Source: Ostreococcus lucimarinus
Taxonomy: Eukaryota
DNA length: 64,000 nt
Assembly: GCA_000092065.1 (NCBI GenBank)
Contig: CP000587.1
Direction: 5' to 3' (one strand)
Each line of letters begins with the position of its first letter. The stretch's first letter is position 1. Of this stretch, positions 10,101 through 19,736 are shown one piece after another. Below the pieces are notes generated by a model that saw nothing but the letters and a program-made list of their open reading frames with translations, made no database searches and was not told where the DNA came from. A program made the translations under genes and the position numbers.

Positions 10101-13100
10101 CCATAGCGACGCTCGCCGAACTAGCGAAGATGTCGCCGCGGCAGCTGTTGGAAGAAATTTTGCCTCTCTCCATGATGCGCCTGATTCGCACCGCGATCGG
10201 CGCCGGTAGCGAGAAGCAAGAAGATTTGTCGATTTTACAGGCGTACGCGCATTTGTTGAACAAGGACTTGCACCAGCTTGTAGCGGACTACAGTTACGAA
10301 GCCATCGCAGAGCTGATCAACCCAAGGACGCTCAAGCCTTTGAGTGAACAAGAAAGCAACGCGTTCAAATCCTTTTTGCAGAAGTACAGCAAGGATGATC
10401 TTTTGACGCTTATTTCCAATCAAAAGTTTTACATCATGAAGGCTCTAATCACACGAGCCGGTGCGGCGATGAAAGACGAACAAGAAGACATGATAACGTC
10501 CGCAGCAACCATGATGACAGTGTTCAAGGCGCTCGCCGACGCGGCGCAGTCGGATGCCCACGAGGTCAGTGATTTTTTCCGTCCTCACTTCACACGGATG
10601 GAGATGGTCTTGTTCGATAAAAGTGGTGATACGCTCTCACACAAGCGATATATTCGCTCATTGACCATCATGGTTTGGATCATCGGTAAACACTTGCCGC
10701 AATTCGCACCAAAAGTCATGGCGCATCTGGCGCACGCGCTCAACAATCCAGAGCTGCGTCGGACTGCGTTACAGAGCTGGAAAATACTCGTTCAAGTCTT
10801 GTCCGAGCGTCCTGCGCACTTGCAGCGTGCTGCTGATCAGATAGTCGTCGCCATGTTGCCATATTTGGACGCGAACGCGCAAAAGGATGACGAGCATGGC
10901 TCGGACAAAATCGCTCAAGCGAGAGCACTCGAAGACGCGAATCAAGCGGCGGCGGTGATTGACGAACTGGTCTTGCGGCGAGGAGACGTCATGCGAGGCA
11001 ATCTGGCTAGATTACCGATGTTACCTGACGTTCAGCGTCTAGAAGCCTCGAATGCGCGTATAGCACAAGAACGAGGTCTCGTGTCACTTCGCCAACTTCT
11101 CGGCAGTTTGACGGAAAGCCTGGCGGACGAATCTCTTGCCGTTCGCACCACCGCTTTGACTGAAATTCGGCGGCGCGTGAGCAATCCCGATAACGGGATG
11201 GAGATCCAGGGACTAATCCAAGGTGTCGAAGGTACGGCGGCAGACCCCATCATGAGTGCATTAGTTGCAGCGCTTTTGAAGTGTTGCGAAGGTGAAGGAT
11301 CGAGTGAGGCGTCTCGTCGCGTTCAACGCGCTGCGGCGCAGTGTTTGAGCGAACTCGGCGCGATCGATCCAGGTCGTTTGCTCATCGCTTCGCAACAAGT
11401 ACAAGCGCTTAACAGTGAGTCAATCACGGTTGCAAGTATTCTGCTTGTCGATCATCTCGCGCGAACTGTGCGCGGGGCGAACGATTCAGATATGCTCGAT
11501 GCCGCAGCGTACGCGGTTCAGTGCGTGCTCATTCACGTCGGTTGCCGCCCAGAAAGCGTGGATGAGGACGATGCAGTTGGTCTTGAACTTCCCAAAGGGC
11601 ACAGCGCTGACGGCATTGAGTTTTGGGAATCATTACCCGATGAAGCTCGCGTGGTATTGGCACCATGCCTGACATCCATGTATTCCATCAGCGGCATGAG
11701 CAAGGAATCCAACGTCAAGCAGAGGCCACTGTACGGTAGCCCGACTGCAGGAACCACTTTCAACAAGTGGATCGTGTTTTGGTGCCGAACACTCGCGCTC
11801 GAAGCGTCTGGCGAAAACGCTCCGTTGTTCAAGGCAGCAGTTAGCGTATTTCGTCACGATATTCGTATCGCTTTGTTTCTTCTACCATACATGGTACTCG
11901 ACGCAATTCTTGACAATGAAGAACGCAAAAACGAGGTGTACTTGGAGATCGTCGCTGCTTTGACCGATGCTGCGGGTGGAGATCGCGCGAGCGAAGATCA
12001 GAACTTTTCAGGATCGAGTACGTCTCATGGTCGCACTGAACTCGCCGCGCAGACGATATTCTCTCTACTCGATCAACTTAAAGGTTGGGCCGATGCACAG
12101 CAAGACGCTAGCGGTGTCAATCCTGTGCATAGCTTGATGCGCGACTTGTCCTTCACACTTCTTGCCAAGGCTGCGCAAAGGTGCGGTGCAAGTGCACGGT
12201 CGCTGATGTACTTTGAAGATTATTTACGGTCGAATAAGATGGTGTTGAATCAAGCTACGTGCGTGAAGCAGCACGACATCATGGACGTCGACGTGAGCTT
12301 CTTGGCGACGATTTATCAAGGCTTGGCTGAACCAGACGCGCTCGTATCAATTCCGCGCTTGCGCGCCACACCTCAACCTGAAGATCAGCTCTTACAGCAC
12401 GAAGAAGCTGGAGAATGGGAAGAGGCATTGGTACATTACGAAAGCGCCTTGCAGCGCGGCGAAGAGCCCATGAATAATCTCGGCATTTCTGTCGCTGAAT
12501 GGGGACGCTTGCGGTGCCTGCAAGGCTTGGGGCATCTTCGAACTGTACAGCGCGAGGTTGAAAACCTGATTCGAACGCGCCCTGACGCCCCACCGACGTT
12601 GGCCGAGGCTGGCGCCGCCGCCGCTTGGCGACTTGGCCAATGGGACGATCTGGACTCGCTTTTAGGGAAGATTGATTCTGAAAATTCAAGTCACGTCAAC
12701 AGCGGAATGAAGCGCTCGCACAGGCAGATGCATGTTGCACCATCGGCGCTCACACCCAGTGGAATGCCACTGACGGTCGGAGTGGGTACTCAATTAAATG
12801 CCGATGTCCCGCAACTAAGCGCAGATGCCGCCATAGGGCGTGTCCTCCTCGCTTTGCACAAGAACGACGGTCACGCGTTTCAGGTGGCGTGCGCATCGGC
12901 ACGGGACGCACTCATTACACCTCTCCGCGCGGCGTCGATGGAAGGGAGTTACTTACGCGCACACGCCGCTTTGGTTCAATTGCATTTACTTCAAGAAGCC
13001 GAGTCTTCGTACAACGCCGTAGTTTTGACAGAAGAAGCCCGTAAGGCTGCCGCAGCCGCGAAGACGCGCATACCGACAGATTCGTCAGATATTCCGCTCT

Positions 13101-15466
13101 GCGCGGTGAAAGAATTTCAGTTTTGGCACGACCGACTCGATCGCACGCCTCCGAACGTCGCCACTCGAGAGCCTATATTGGCTTTCCGTCGCACGATTTA
13201 CAAGCTTCTCGGCGCAAAATTGGCGGCGTCGAAGACTTGGTTGGAGCAAGCCAAGGTGGCGCGAAGCGCAGGACACTACGGCGCCGCGCAACTCGCGTTA
13301 TTGGAAGCGCGTTCGGAGATTGGAATGTCCCTGCCCCTCGCATTGGAGCAAGCCAAGCTACTCTGGGCCGGGGACAGTCACCAACGTGCCGTGTTGGAAA
13401 TCGAAGAGGCTTTGAAGGATCAAGACGCCGTTGCGGCGCATCCCGAACACGCCGCCAAGGCTGTTTTGCGATTGGCGCGATGGGCTACCGTCACCGGTCA
13501 AAAGCAAAAGAAAGAGATTCTCACGCTCTACGCGAGTGTTATTAAAAGTCATAAGAGCTGGGAAAAATCTCATTTCCACGTCGCTCGATACATGGATGAG
13601 TGGATGAAGGACGCGACGAAGAGAGAGCTCAACGGCGAAATCGGCGCAAATTTGCCCGCCTCAGTCCGACGGAAAGGCATAGGTGGCGATGACGAGGAAG
13701 CGATCGACCTCTTGAGTGAAACTGTGCGCGAGTACGGGGCGAGTATAAAATATGGTCATAGGCACATTTACGAATCACTCCCACGCATGTTGACGCTTTG
13801 GTTCGACATCGGCGACAGAGTGTACGAGGCGGAGGCGGAGGGCATGGAGAATCGAAATTCAGCAAAGCTTAAGAAAGTGTTTGCCGAAGTTTTGTTCGCC
13901 ATAAACACCTTTTCTGATCAGCTGCCGCTGTACAAATGGCTCACAGCTCTTCCTCAGCTTACATCAAGATTGGCGCACAACGATAGAAAGGTGCGAGAGC
14001 TGGTGCAAACGCTCGTGACTCGACTCCTCATCAACTACTCTGATCAAGTCTTGTGGGCGCTCGTACCGATGGCTCGTTCGCGCGACGCAGTTCGCGCGAA
14101 GAGCGCCAAGGATGTGCTTACGAATGCAAAACATGGAAAGCAAGACAAGACGGGCATGCGTGCTGACCGAGAGCTCATAAATCAGTTTGCCCTTGTGGCT
14201 GATCAACTCGTCAAACTGTGCAATTACGCGCCGAAGACGCAAGCAAAGAATGGTCGACCTCCTAGGACCTTCAGCTTGATGAAAACCTTCCCCGATCTCG
14301 CCGCCCTCATGCCGACTCGAGTGATGATTCCCGTGCAGAAGTCGCTCACGGCGACGCTTCCGCCGGCTGGCACGAACCCGACGGATCACAGACCGTTTCC
14401 GCCCGGCACGGCGACGCTCTTCGAGTTGGGCGACGCCGTATCGGTGCTACCTTCGTTGCAAAGACCGAAGAAGCTCACGATGCTTGGAAGTGATCGGGAA
14501 AAATATGCATTCTTGTGTAAGCCCAAGGATGACCTTCGTAAGGATTTGAGAATGATGGAGTTTACCACGATGTTGAATCGCTTGCTGGCGCGAGACGCCG
14601 AGAGTCGCAAACGCAGACTGTATCTCAGAACGTTTAGCGTCATCCCGCTCACCGAAGATTGCGGTATCATCGAATGGGTGCCGAACACCACTGGCTTTAG
14701 ACACATTATTCAAGGTTTATACGCAGACGACGGGCTGTACCACAAGAACTCTCACACAGAGGTGAAGGAACTTTACGAAAAATGCAAAGGCCGCAACCCG
14801 ACGTCTTGGTCTCGAGAAGTTTTGAGTCGACACCCACCCGTGTTCCATCGCTGGTTCTTAGAACGTTGGAAAGAACCCGCGGCTTGGTTCACCGCTCGTA
14901 CTGCGTTCGCGCACACTGCGGCGGTATGGAGTATGGTCGGCCACGTCGTCGGCTTGGGCGATCGACACGGAGAAAATATTTTGTTTGATTGCAAAACGGG
15001 TGACGCCGTGCACGTCGATTTCGCGTGCTTGTTCGACAAAGGTTTAGAATTAGAAATGCCCGAGCGCGTTCCTTTCAGGTTGACGCAAAATCTCGTCGAC
15101 GGTCTCGGCGTCGGTGGTTACGAAGGCGTGTTCATGCGAGTGTGCGAGATTACGCTCACCGTCTTGCGTTCGCATCGCGAGGCGCTCATGAGTGTCCTCG
15201 AAACCTTTGTGCACGATCCTTTGGTAGAATGGACGAAGAGTTCGATTCGCGACGCTTCGCGTGGTGGACGTTCAACGTCGTCGTCCACGCGTGGCAAAGA
15301 CGCGCTCGAAAAGATTCGTTCGAGACTCGAAGGCGTCGTCGTCGGCGTCGGCGCCGCGCCGTCGTTACCGCTGAGCCCGTCGGGACAAGCGCGACGTTTG
15401 GTCGAAGAAGCCGTGTCGCTCTCAAATCTTGGCTCGATGTACATCTGGTGGATGGCGTGGCATTAA
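7136..15466 (+). CDS. ATR: ATR/Mec1/Rad3-type PI3K-related checkpoint kinase (FAT, kinase and FATC domains)
   Basis: Kinase catalytic region GLGDRHGENILFDCKTGDAVHVDFACLF...PFRLTQNLVDGLGVGGYEGVF...SVLETFVHDPLVEW. FLCKPKDDLRKDLRMMEF matches ATR rather than ATM. C-terminal FATC ends ...MYIWWMAWH. The ORF is open from ATG 6755, but 6755-7135 encodes only Arg-rich low-complexity sequence. ATG 7136 (MEENEVKQALALL) is the probable start. Confidence 0.88.
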   Translation: MEENEVKQALALLKGALKKHPGAFALGAGTSAVRVFANVFALSAVSDASAEFHEQVHSVLYALMSVASKSDLVGMHELCKGCVELASDSKRVLELFPGKRYGGEFGAADDDFEDEASRETIVLCCFDTALAHVKRSEETSGRNGEAGTNGLSSSTSTGLMIEVQSLECAMNVTNTACKLLECALLTNPQNVAPLTTSELLFTLSRLLVIGSRDVQLSAAAVLKNLIADIPIVLVPCDTILAAIATLLTGRSLRRDDKVILELVYALKELAGEDVLRKHVNVLATSILTAIESARDESVRAVLFDVLRMCLLMRPSLAIQAITLLPHAVATKGSDALVECLAMAFSNAREQDVDDEDEVEKRSRLNEGEGEDVHTVTFDYDTRSEWIESCIVTSMEFLGGPDSAYAREGGGSQLQRADSMELENSLRDSAPSEYQRILAISVIVRSIAASTGSMRIRRIAAQVTYKWLGWIRAYDGDASDAPTTRMYALLAEAANCLVNVQTDKENKAPPLLSTKDISLDILTWPWTSIAKRDPSALLDDETIEGDRMAKLAALNLAVSLASSETSGEKVSSEAARQVLTRAFADQDAGVRSSAAIAVSFVHVLASNPPSGIGALQRLSSLKDAKEISVRNAFATALGGLAAAGVLHGIQKAAGNEAIRNAARLHGNRAVTAAFKTCSHELGSDEAKNAMKLLADSMQAFHEVVKREVIKAVHSIDGDDVAAGAPKTPGKFNRNKRRLTAGTPNANRQRSDAQKAPSLNAALTLQDLNSAGQLEGVILDRADPDGLVAASGLRSLRYVFEIFSAAGDFTEDGETLKGARALAQAALRTAHHKSPHVREALCEAASAIVSDDILLEMAPPKNERPEDRRRSSSAALLHAEAVVNAQLTSGLQILRNLKESIDTAPDSFIKESTLRTFAAVAETLTIPGATSAAVIVYFKNIIDMDLTAQNCAIYLLRRLAKKRQVRTRELLFGVQDVAAQIGTLLPLHEHSIATLAELAKMSPRQLLEEILPLSMMRLIRTAIGAGSEKQEDLSILQAYAHLLNKDLHQLVADYSYEAIAELINPRTLKPLSEQESNAFKSFLQKYSKDDLLTLISNQKFYIMKALITRAGAAMKDEQEDMITSAATMMTVFKALADAAQSDAHEVSDFFRPHFTRMEMVLFDKSGDTLSHKRYIRSLTIMVWIIGKHLPQFAPKVMAHLAHALNNPELRRTALQSWKILVQVLSERPAHLQRAADQIVVAMLPYLDANAQKDDEHGSDKIAQARALEDANQAAAVIDELVLRRGDVMRGNLARLPMLPDVQRLEASNARIAQERGLVSLRQLLGSLTESLADESLAVRTTALTEIRRRVSNPDNGMEIQGLIQGVEGTAADPIMSALVAALLKCCEGEGSSEASRRVQRAAAQCLSELGAIDPGRLLIASQQVQALNSESITVASILLVDHLARTVRGANDSDMLDAAAYAVQCVLIHVGCRPESVDEDDAVGLELPKGHSADGIEFWESLPDEARVVLAPCLTSMYSISGMSKESNVKQRPLYGSPTAGTTFNKWIVFWCRTLALEASGENAPLFKAAVSVFRHDIRIALFLLPYMVLDAILDNEERKNEVYLEIVAALTDAAGGDRASEDQNFSGSSTSHGRTELAAQTIFSLLDQLKGWADAQQDASGVNPVHSLMRDLSFTLLAKAAQRCGASARSLMYFEDYLRSNKMVLNQATCVKQHDIMDVDVSFLATIYQGLAEPDALVSIPRLRATPQPEDQLLQHEEAGEWEEALVHYESALQRGEEPMNNLGISVAEWGRLRCLQGLGHLRTVQREVENLIRTRPDAPPTLAEAGAAAAWRLGQWDDLDSLLGKIDSENSSHVNSGMKRSHRQMHVAPSALTPSGMPLTVGVGTQLNADVPQLSADAAIGRVLLALHKNDGHAFQVACASARDALITPLRAASMEGSYLRAHAALVQLHLLQEAESSYNAVVLTEEARKAAAAAKTRIPTDSSDIPLCAVKEFQFWHDRLDRTPPNVATREPILAFRRTIYKLLGAKLAASKTWLEQAKVARSAGHYGAAQLALLEARSEIGMSLPLALEQAKLLWAGDSHQRAVLEIEEALKDQDAVAAHPEHAAKAVLRLARWATVTGQKQKKEILTLYASVIKSHKSWEKSHFHVARYMDEWMKDATKRELNGEIGANLPASVRRKGIGGDDEEAIDLLSETVREYGASIKYGHRHIYESLPRMLTLWFDIGDRVYEAEAEGMENRNSAKLKKVFAEVLFAINTFSDQLPLYKWLTALPQLTSRLAHNDRKVRELVQTLVTRLLINYSDQVLWALVPMARSRDAVRAKSAKDVLTNAKHGKQDKTGMRADRELINQFALVADQLVKLCNYAPKTQAKNGRPPRTFSLMKTFPDLAALMPTRVMIPVQKSLTATLPPAGTNPTDHRPFPPGTATLFELGDAVSVLPSLQRPKKLTMLGSDREKYAFLCKPKDDLRKDLRMMEFTTMLNRLLARDAESRKRRLYLRTFSVIPLTEDCGIIEWVPNTTGFRHIIQGLYADDGLYHKNSHTEVKELYEKCKGRNPTSWSREVLSRHPPVFHRWFLERWKEPAAWFTARTAFAHTAAVWSMVGHVVGLGDRHGENILFDCKTGDAVHVDFACLFDKGLELEMPERVPFRLTQNLVDGLGVGGYEGVFMRVCEITLTVLRSHREALMSVLETFVHDPLVEWTKSSIRDASRGGRSTSSSTRGKDALEKIRSRLEGVVVGVGAAPSLPLSPSGQARRLVEEAVSLSNLGSMYIWWMAWH

Positions 15467-15594
15467 GAAGACTCAGTAAGAAGTAGTAGCTTAGTATTCG
15501 TGTAAGATTAATAGCCGGATAAGTAGTAAGACAGTGGTTGGCGACGCGCGCCGCCGAGCGCTAAAATTGGTTCAAGTGCGTCGATCGCATCGCA

Positions 15595-16158
15595 TTAATA
15601 CCGACGATCGTACGGCGGGAAATCGTCGTCCTCGCCATCGTCGCGTCGATCGTCCGCGTTCTCCGCGAACTGCGACAAGAATCCCAAAACCGTATTCGCG
15701 ACGAAGAACAAAAACATCAAGTTGAACAGGAATCCCATCCCCCCGAACCCGAATCCGAACCCGTACATCGGCATGATCGGCATCGGCATGAACACGGAGT
15801 TATACCCGTACCCGTACCCTCCGATCGGCGGCGCCGCGCGGCTCTGCGCGCTCATCCTCGGCGACGCTCGCGACCGGCTCGACGCTCGAAAGCTCCCGCC
15901 GCCCACGCGTCCGCCGCTTCTCGCCGCCTCCGCCTCGTCCGCGTCGATCGCTCCCGTCACCAGCACGCTCGCCGCCACGAGCGCCGCCAACGGCGCGTTC
16001 AGCGTAAACGTCGCCTCCTCCTCGCGCTTCGTCCCTCGCGCCGTCGTTCGCATCGTCCTTCGCGTCGTCGTCGTCGTCGTCGTCGTCGTCTTTCGCATCT
16101 TCTCCTTCGTCGTCGTCATCTTCACCAGCGGCGTCGTCATCGCACCGCGCATCATCAT
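15595..16158 (-). CDS. Hypothetical small membrane protein (Gly/Tyr/Phe-rich segment, one predicted TM helix, acidic tail)
   Basis: ORF with C-terminal ...GYGYGYNSVFMPMPIMPMYGFGFGFGGMGFLFNLMFLFFVANTVLGFL...DDFPPYDRRY. The N-terminal half is poly-Thr/Arg low-complexity sequence from GTC/ACG repeats. The start is uncertain. Confidence 0.25.
   Translation of the reverse strand: MMMRGAMTTPLVKMTTTKEKMRKTTTTTTTTTRRTMRTTARGTKREEEATFTLNAPLAALVAASVLVTGAIDADEAEAARSGGRVGGGSFRASSRSRASPRMSAQSRAAPPIGGYGYGYNSVFMPMPIMPMYGFGFGFGGMGFLFNLMFLFFVANTVLGFLSQFAENADDRRDDGEDDDFPPYDRRY
16064..16090. repeat. (GTC)9 trinucleotide repeat
   Basis: gtcgtcgtcgtcgtcgtcgtcgtcgtc, within the low-complexity region downstream of the ATR 3' end. 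Confidence 0.85.
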
Positions 16159-16538
16159 CGTCGCGCGTCGCGCGTCTTCGAGAGGTGCGTGTTTTTATTC
16201 GCGCGCGCGCGTCGTCGTCGGCGTCGCGTCGTCGGCGTCGTCGTGTGTCGCGTCGCGCGCGCGATCGGCGTCGGGACACGTCATCGGGTCCGTGTTCTTA
16301 ATGTTCGCAGAGTTCATTCGATTGAATGCACGCAATCGCGCGAACGAGTCGAAATTCAACACCCCGACGCGCCGACGCGTCGCATTTCGCGAACCCTGCG
16401 TGTTCTCGTGCGCGATATTTTAGTCCGTGTGCTAATTGTTAATTATTAATGATGATGCATACGTGGCGCGCGCGGGCGGGCGTCGCGTGGGATGGAACGT
16501 CGCGGCCGATTCGAGACGTCGGAGGATGTCGAGTGATT

Positions 16539-16976
16539 TCACGAGTGCACGCTGACGGCCTGCGTGCGATCGAGCAAGGGATGCACGATCGCGTACACCA
16601 AATCCACCGAACACGTGAACAGCACCAACGCCGCGTACAGCACGACGATCGACCTCGAATCGTCCACGCGCAAGTCGCCGTCGAAGTCGACGCGTCGGCA
16701 CGCGTCCACGCGCCTCCGGTGCAGCACCGCGAGCTCGATCGCGGCCAAGATGCAAGATCCGTAGATGATCGCCCCGAACGCGATCGGCACCTTGCCGCCG
16801 CGGCCGACGGCCGTTAATCCGACGCCCGTCAGCGTCATGACGCCGAGAAAGTTGAGCGAACTGTAAAACGTGCGCTCGAGCGCGAGCAGCGTCACGGCGT
16901 CGCAGCTCGCGCGGACGTCGCCGTCGTCGTCATCGCCGCGAATCGCGCGTTTCGCCTTGCCGAACGACCGAATCAT
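16539..16976 (-). CDS. DUF202 (YidH)-like small membrane protein
   Basis: LALERTFYSSLNFLGV resembles the DUF202 LAxERTxLAWxRT motif, followed by 2-3 hydrophobic helices. The track start at 17015 is TTG; the first ATG is at 16976-16974. Confidence 0.4.
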   Translation of the reverse strand: MIRSFGKAKRAIRGDDDDGDVRASCDAVTLLALERTFYSSLNFLGVMTLTGVGLTAVGRGGKVPIAFGAIIYGSCILAAIELAVLHRRRVDACRRVDFDGDLRVDDSRSIVVLYAALVLFTCSVDLVYAIVHPLLDRTQAVSVHS

Positions 16977-17076
16977 CGCTCGTCGCGCGCGCGTCCGAGT
17001 GCGCGCGCGCGCCAATCGTCATTTAATTCTCATGCGCCCGCGCGTCGATCCAGATCGCGCGCGCACTGATCCCTTA

Positions 17077-17123
17077 ACGATGCATCATTATACGTACTCA
17101 TAATGCGTATAATGATGTATCGT
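17077..17123. promoter_or_regulatory. 18-bp inverted repeat (1 mismatch, 11-nt spacer) in AT-rich bidirectional promoter region
   Basis: acgatgcatcattatacg ... cgtataatgatgtatcgt. Lies between the divergent DUF202-like gene (start 16976, minus) and PAK1IP1 (start 17204, plus). Confidence 0.5.
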
Positions 17124-17203
17124 AGTGCTATCCGTCTGCATCTCGACGACGTCCCGGCGCCCGCGGCGGCGCGCCGCGCACCGCGACGCGACGACGGGCG
17201 ACG

Positions 17204-18589
17204 ATGCCGCGCGCGACCGTCCTCGCCGGGTCGTACGAGCGCTTCGTCTTCGGCTACGCGCACGCGCGCGGCGCCGCGAGCGACGCGAGCGACGGCGCGA
17301 CGACGACGACGCTCGCGAAGCGCTTCACCGTGGACGCGCACCTCGCGAGCGTCAAGGCGGTCGCGTGCGCGGGCGGACTCGCGGCGAGCGGGGGGAGCGA
17401 TGACTTGATACGAGTGTATCACTGCGACGCGTCGGGGGCGATGGCGGACCTGGGGACGTGCGTGGGACACGGAGGGGACGCGCGGGCGCTGGAATTTTAC
17501 GCGCCGCGCGGGTACGCGCCGACGCGACTGCTGTCGGGAGGCGCGGACGGCGCGCTGATGGTGTGGGACGCGAGCGATAATTTTGAATTGTTGAAAACGA
17601 TGCGGGCGCATCGGGGAGGGGTGTGCGCGATCAGCGCGCATCGGAGCGGGAAGGTGGCGCTGACGAGCGGGTGCGACGCGCACGTGGCGATGTGGGACAT
17701 GCGAAGGGGACGCGTGGCGTATAAGTTTAAGACGCCGGAACGCGTGGAGGGGTTGGCGTTCACGTGTGATGGGTCGGAATACGTGAGTAGACTGACGCAG
17801 AAGATCACGCTGACGGATGTTGAGGCGGGGAGCGTGGTGACGTCGTTCACGACGCCGGCGAAGACGTTGACGTTTGACGCGCGCGGGCGAATGGTGTACG
17901 TCGGGTGCGAGGGCGGTGACGTGCTCGTGTACGACGCGCGCATGGCGGCGAAGGAGGGAGCGGTGAGTCGCATTGCCAAGGCACATCCGCAACGCGTGCG
18001 CGGATTGGCGATCACTTCGGCCAAGGGTGACGAGACCGTGGGAGACTCTGGGCCGAGCGCGCTCGTCACCGCCGGTTCCGAAGGCGTCGTGCGCGCGTGG
18101 GATTTGCGTCGCGCCTCTGGGCCGCGCGACGAAAACCCAGGAACTCCCGTCGCCGAGATCAACTCTGGTGCTCGATACACGTGCTTATGCGCGATGCCAG
18201 CGGAGACTGTACCGGACGCACCAAAGCCAAAGTTGCCCGCGCCGAAGCCGCGCGCCGACGCGCCGGCGAAGAAGCAGGCGGACAAAAGCTCAAAGGTTTC
18301 GACATCCAAAGACAACAAACCCGCGTCATCGAAGCGACATGATATGAAGCAAAAGAAGCGTCCAGATATCGGTGGCGACGATGACTTCGAAGTCGTTCCC
18401 GAAGAGCACGAGCCCGCGGCGAAACGCGAGCCGAGTCGGTTTGATTCCGACTCTGACGGCGACGCGCCGTACGCGAAGCCTGCCGGCGGCAAGAAGCGGC
18501 AGAAACAGCGTCAAGGACCGGCGTACGAAAAGACAGCCACGTCAGCTCGTCGCAAGGCGAACAATATTAAGCACAAGAAACGTAGATAG
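17204..18589 (+). CDS. PAK1IP1/MAK11-type WD40 ribosome-biogenesis protein
   Basis: ATG verified at 17204. N-terminal LAGSYERFVFGYA parallels the human PAK1IP1 VAGCYEQVLFGFA. WD repeats follow, then a Lys-rich C-terminal tail (KKRQKQRQ...KHKKRR), as in PAK1IP1. Confidence 0.8.
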   Translation: MPRATVLAGSYERFVFGYAHARGAASDASDGATTTTLAKRFTVDAHLASVKAVACAGGLAASGGSDDLIRVYHCDASGAMADLGTCVGHGGDARALEFYAPRGYAPTRLLSGGADGALMVWDASDNFELLKTMRAHRGGVCAISAHRSGKVALTSGCDAHVAMWDMRRGRVAYKFKTPERVEGLAFTCDGSEYVSRLTQKITLTDVEAGSVVTSFTTPAKTLTFDARGRMVYVGCEGGDVLVYDARMAAKEGAVSRIAKAHPQRVRGLAITSAKGDETVGDSGPSALVTAGSEGVVRAWDLRRASGPRDENPGTPVAEINSGARYTCLCAMPAETVPDAPKPKLPAPKPRADAPAKKQADKSSKVSTSKDNKPASSKRHDMKQKKRPDIGGDDDFEVVPEEHEPAAKREPSRFDSDSDGDAPYAKPAGGKKRQKQRQGPAYEKTATSARRKANNIKHKKRR

Positions 18590-18607
18590 GAGATAGATAT
18601 ATCAATA

Positions 18608-19591
18608 TTAATACAAGTGGCTGACGTGCACGGGTTCTTCGGCGTCGAGGTCAAACGGTACCAGGACAGAAATCGCCGGTTCGCCGTCGTGCGTTCGCAC
18701 GTGGTGCCAAAAGAAAGGCGGCGTGTATATCATGTCGCCCGGATAAAGTGTGAACGTCAATGGTGTCGCGTCTTCAAAGTCTGGAAACCGATCTCGCTCG
18801 TCGGCGTCGCCCGCGTACCACGCGTCCAAATTCACGCGCGACAGTTCCGGGCGATCACTCCGCTGATACATCGCGCGAAAGTCATCCTTATGAAATATCG
18901 TAAAGGTTTTTACGCCTCGAATCATGATCAAAAACCCATGGCATAAATCATAATGCAAAGGCGTCACGTTACCCGCCGCGCCGAACCAAACGCCGCAATT
19001 TCTCAACGCGACGTCTTCCGCGAACACCTCACCCACCGCCCCGACGTTCGCCTCGACCGCGAGCGTCGTCGTGCACTCCGCACGCGCGTACACGCGCTCA
19101 CCGTGCTCAAAAATAGCCTCGCAAGCCTCCTCGAACGTGACGGATTCATTCGCGTCGCAGTCCGCTTTGATGAACGCGCCGCGAGCGCCCTCCCGAGACG
19201 TCAGCACCGTCGTCCGCGCTCCCTGGCCCGCGTCGGCGAAGCGCTTCGCGTCGCGCCACGTTCGCACCGCCGTCGTTTCGCTCGCCTCTGAAGACGTGCG
19301 GCGCGCGCATGCGCGTCGTCGTCGCGAACGCGTCGATGCCTTCGTCCCGACGCGTCGAAATCGCATCTTTTCGAGCGACGACGTCGCACATCGACGCGAA
19401 CGGCGCCGCGGCGGCGGGAAACGATCGGGCGCGGCGTTCGTCGCGCGCGCCGCGCTTCGCGCGCGCGATGTGCGCTTCGCGCGCGCGCGCGGACGTGTGT
19501 CGAAACGCGCGAGATAACCCGGGTGGCGGTTCGGTTCTCGACACAGTTTACCCTGAGGCGCGGGGAGTCGGCGGCGCGACGTTCGTTTCAT
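18608..19591 (-). CDS. JmjC-domain (cupin) hydroxylase/demethylase-like protein
   Basis: ATG at 19591-19589. Fe-binding residues TPLHYD (HxD) and FWHHV within a cupin-like block. The N-terminal 130 aa are Arg-rich. Confidence 0.6.
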   Translation of the reverse strand: MKRTSRRRLPAPQGKLCREPNRHPGYLARFDTRPRARAKRTSRARSAARATNAAPDRFPPPRRRSRRCATSSLEKMRFRRVGTKASTRSRRRRACARRTSSEASETTAVRTWRDAKRFADAGQGARTTVLTSREGARGAFIKADCDANESVTFEEACEAIFEHGERVYARAECTTTLAVEANVGAVGEVFAEDVALRNCGVWFGAAGNVTPLHYDLCHGFLIMIRGVKTFTIFHKDDFRAMYQRSDRPELSRVNLDAWYAGDADERDRFPDFEDATPLTFTLYPGDMIYTPPFFWHHVRTHDGEPAISVLVPFDLDAEEPVHVSHLY

Positions 19592-19736
19592 CGGTGTCGG
19601 GGTGTCTACGACATTGGCAAACGCGAGGAAATACTCGCGTGGAATATTGTGTGGTGCTAATCGATGGACGAACGCTGGTTCGTTCGTCGGATGGAGCGCG
19701 CGGCGACGCGCGGAGCGTCGCGCGACGGCTCGCGTC

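Noticed and set aside
17030-18492. 320-aa and 331-aa minus-strand ORFs overlapping PAK1IP1
   Set aside because: Arg-rich or Ser/Ala-rich antisense translations. The WD40 PAK1IP1 gene on the plus strand has specific homology.
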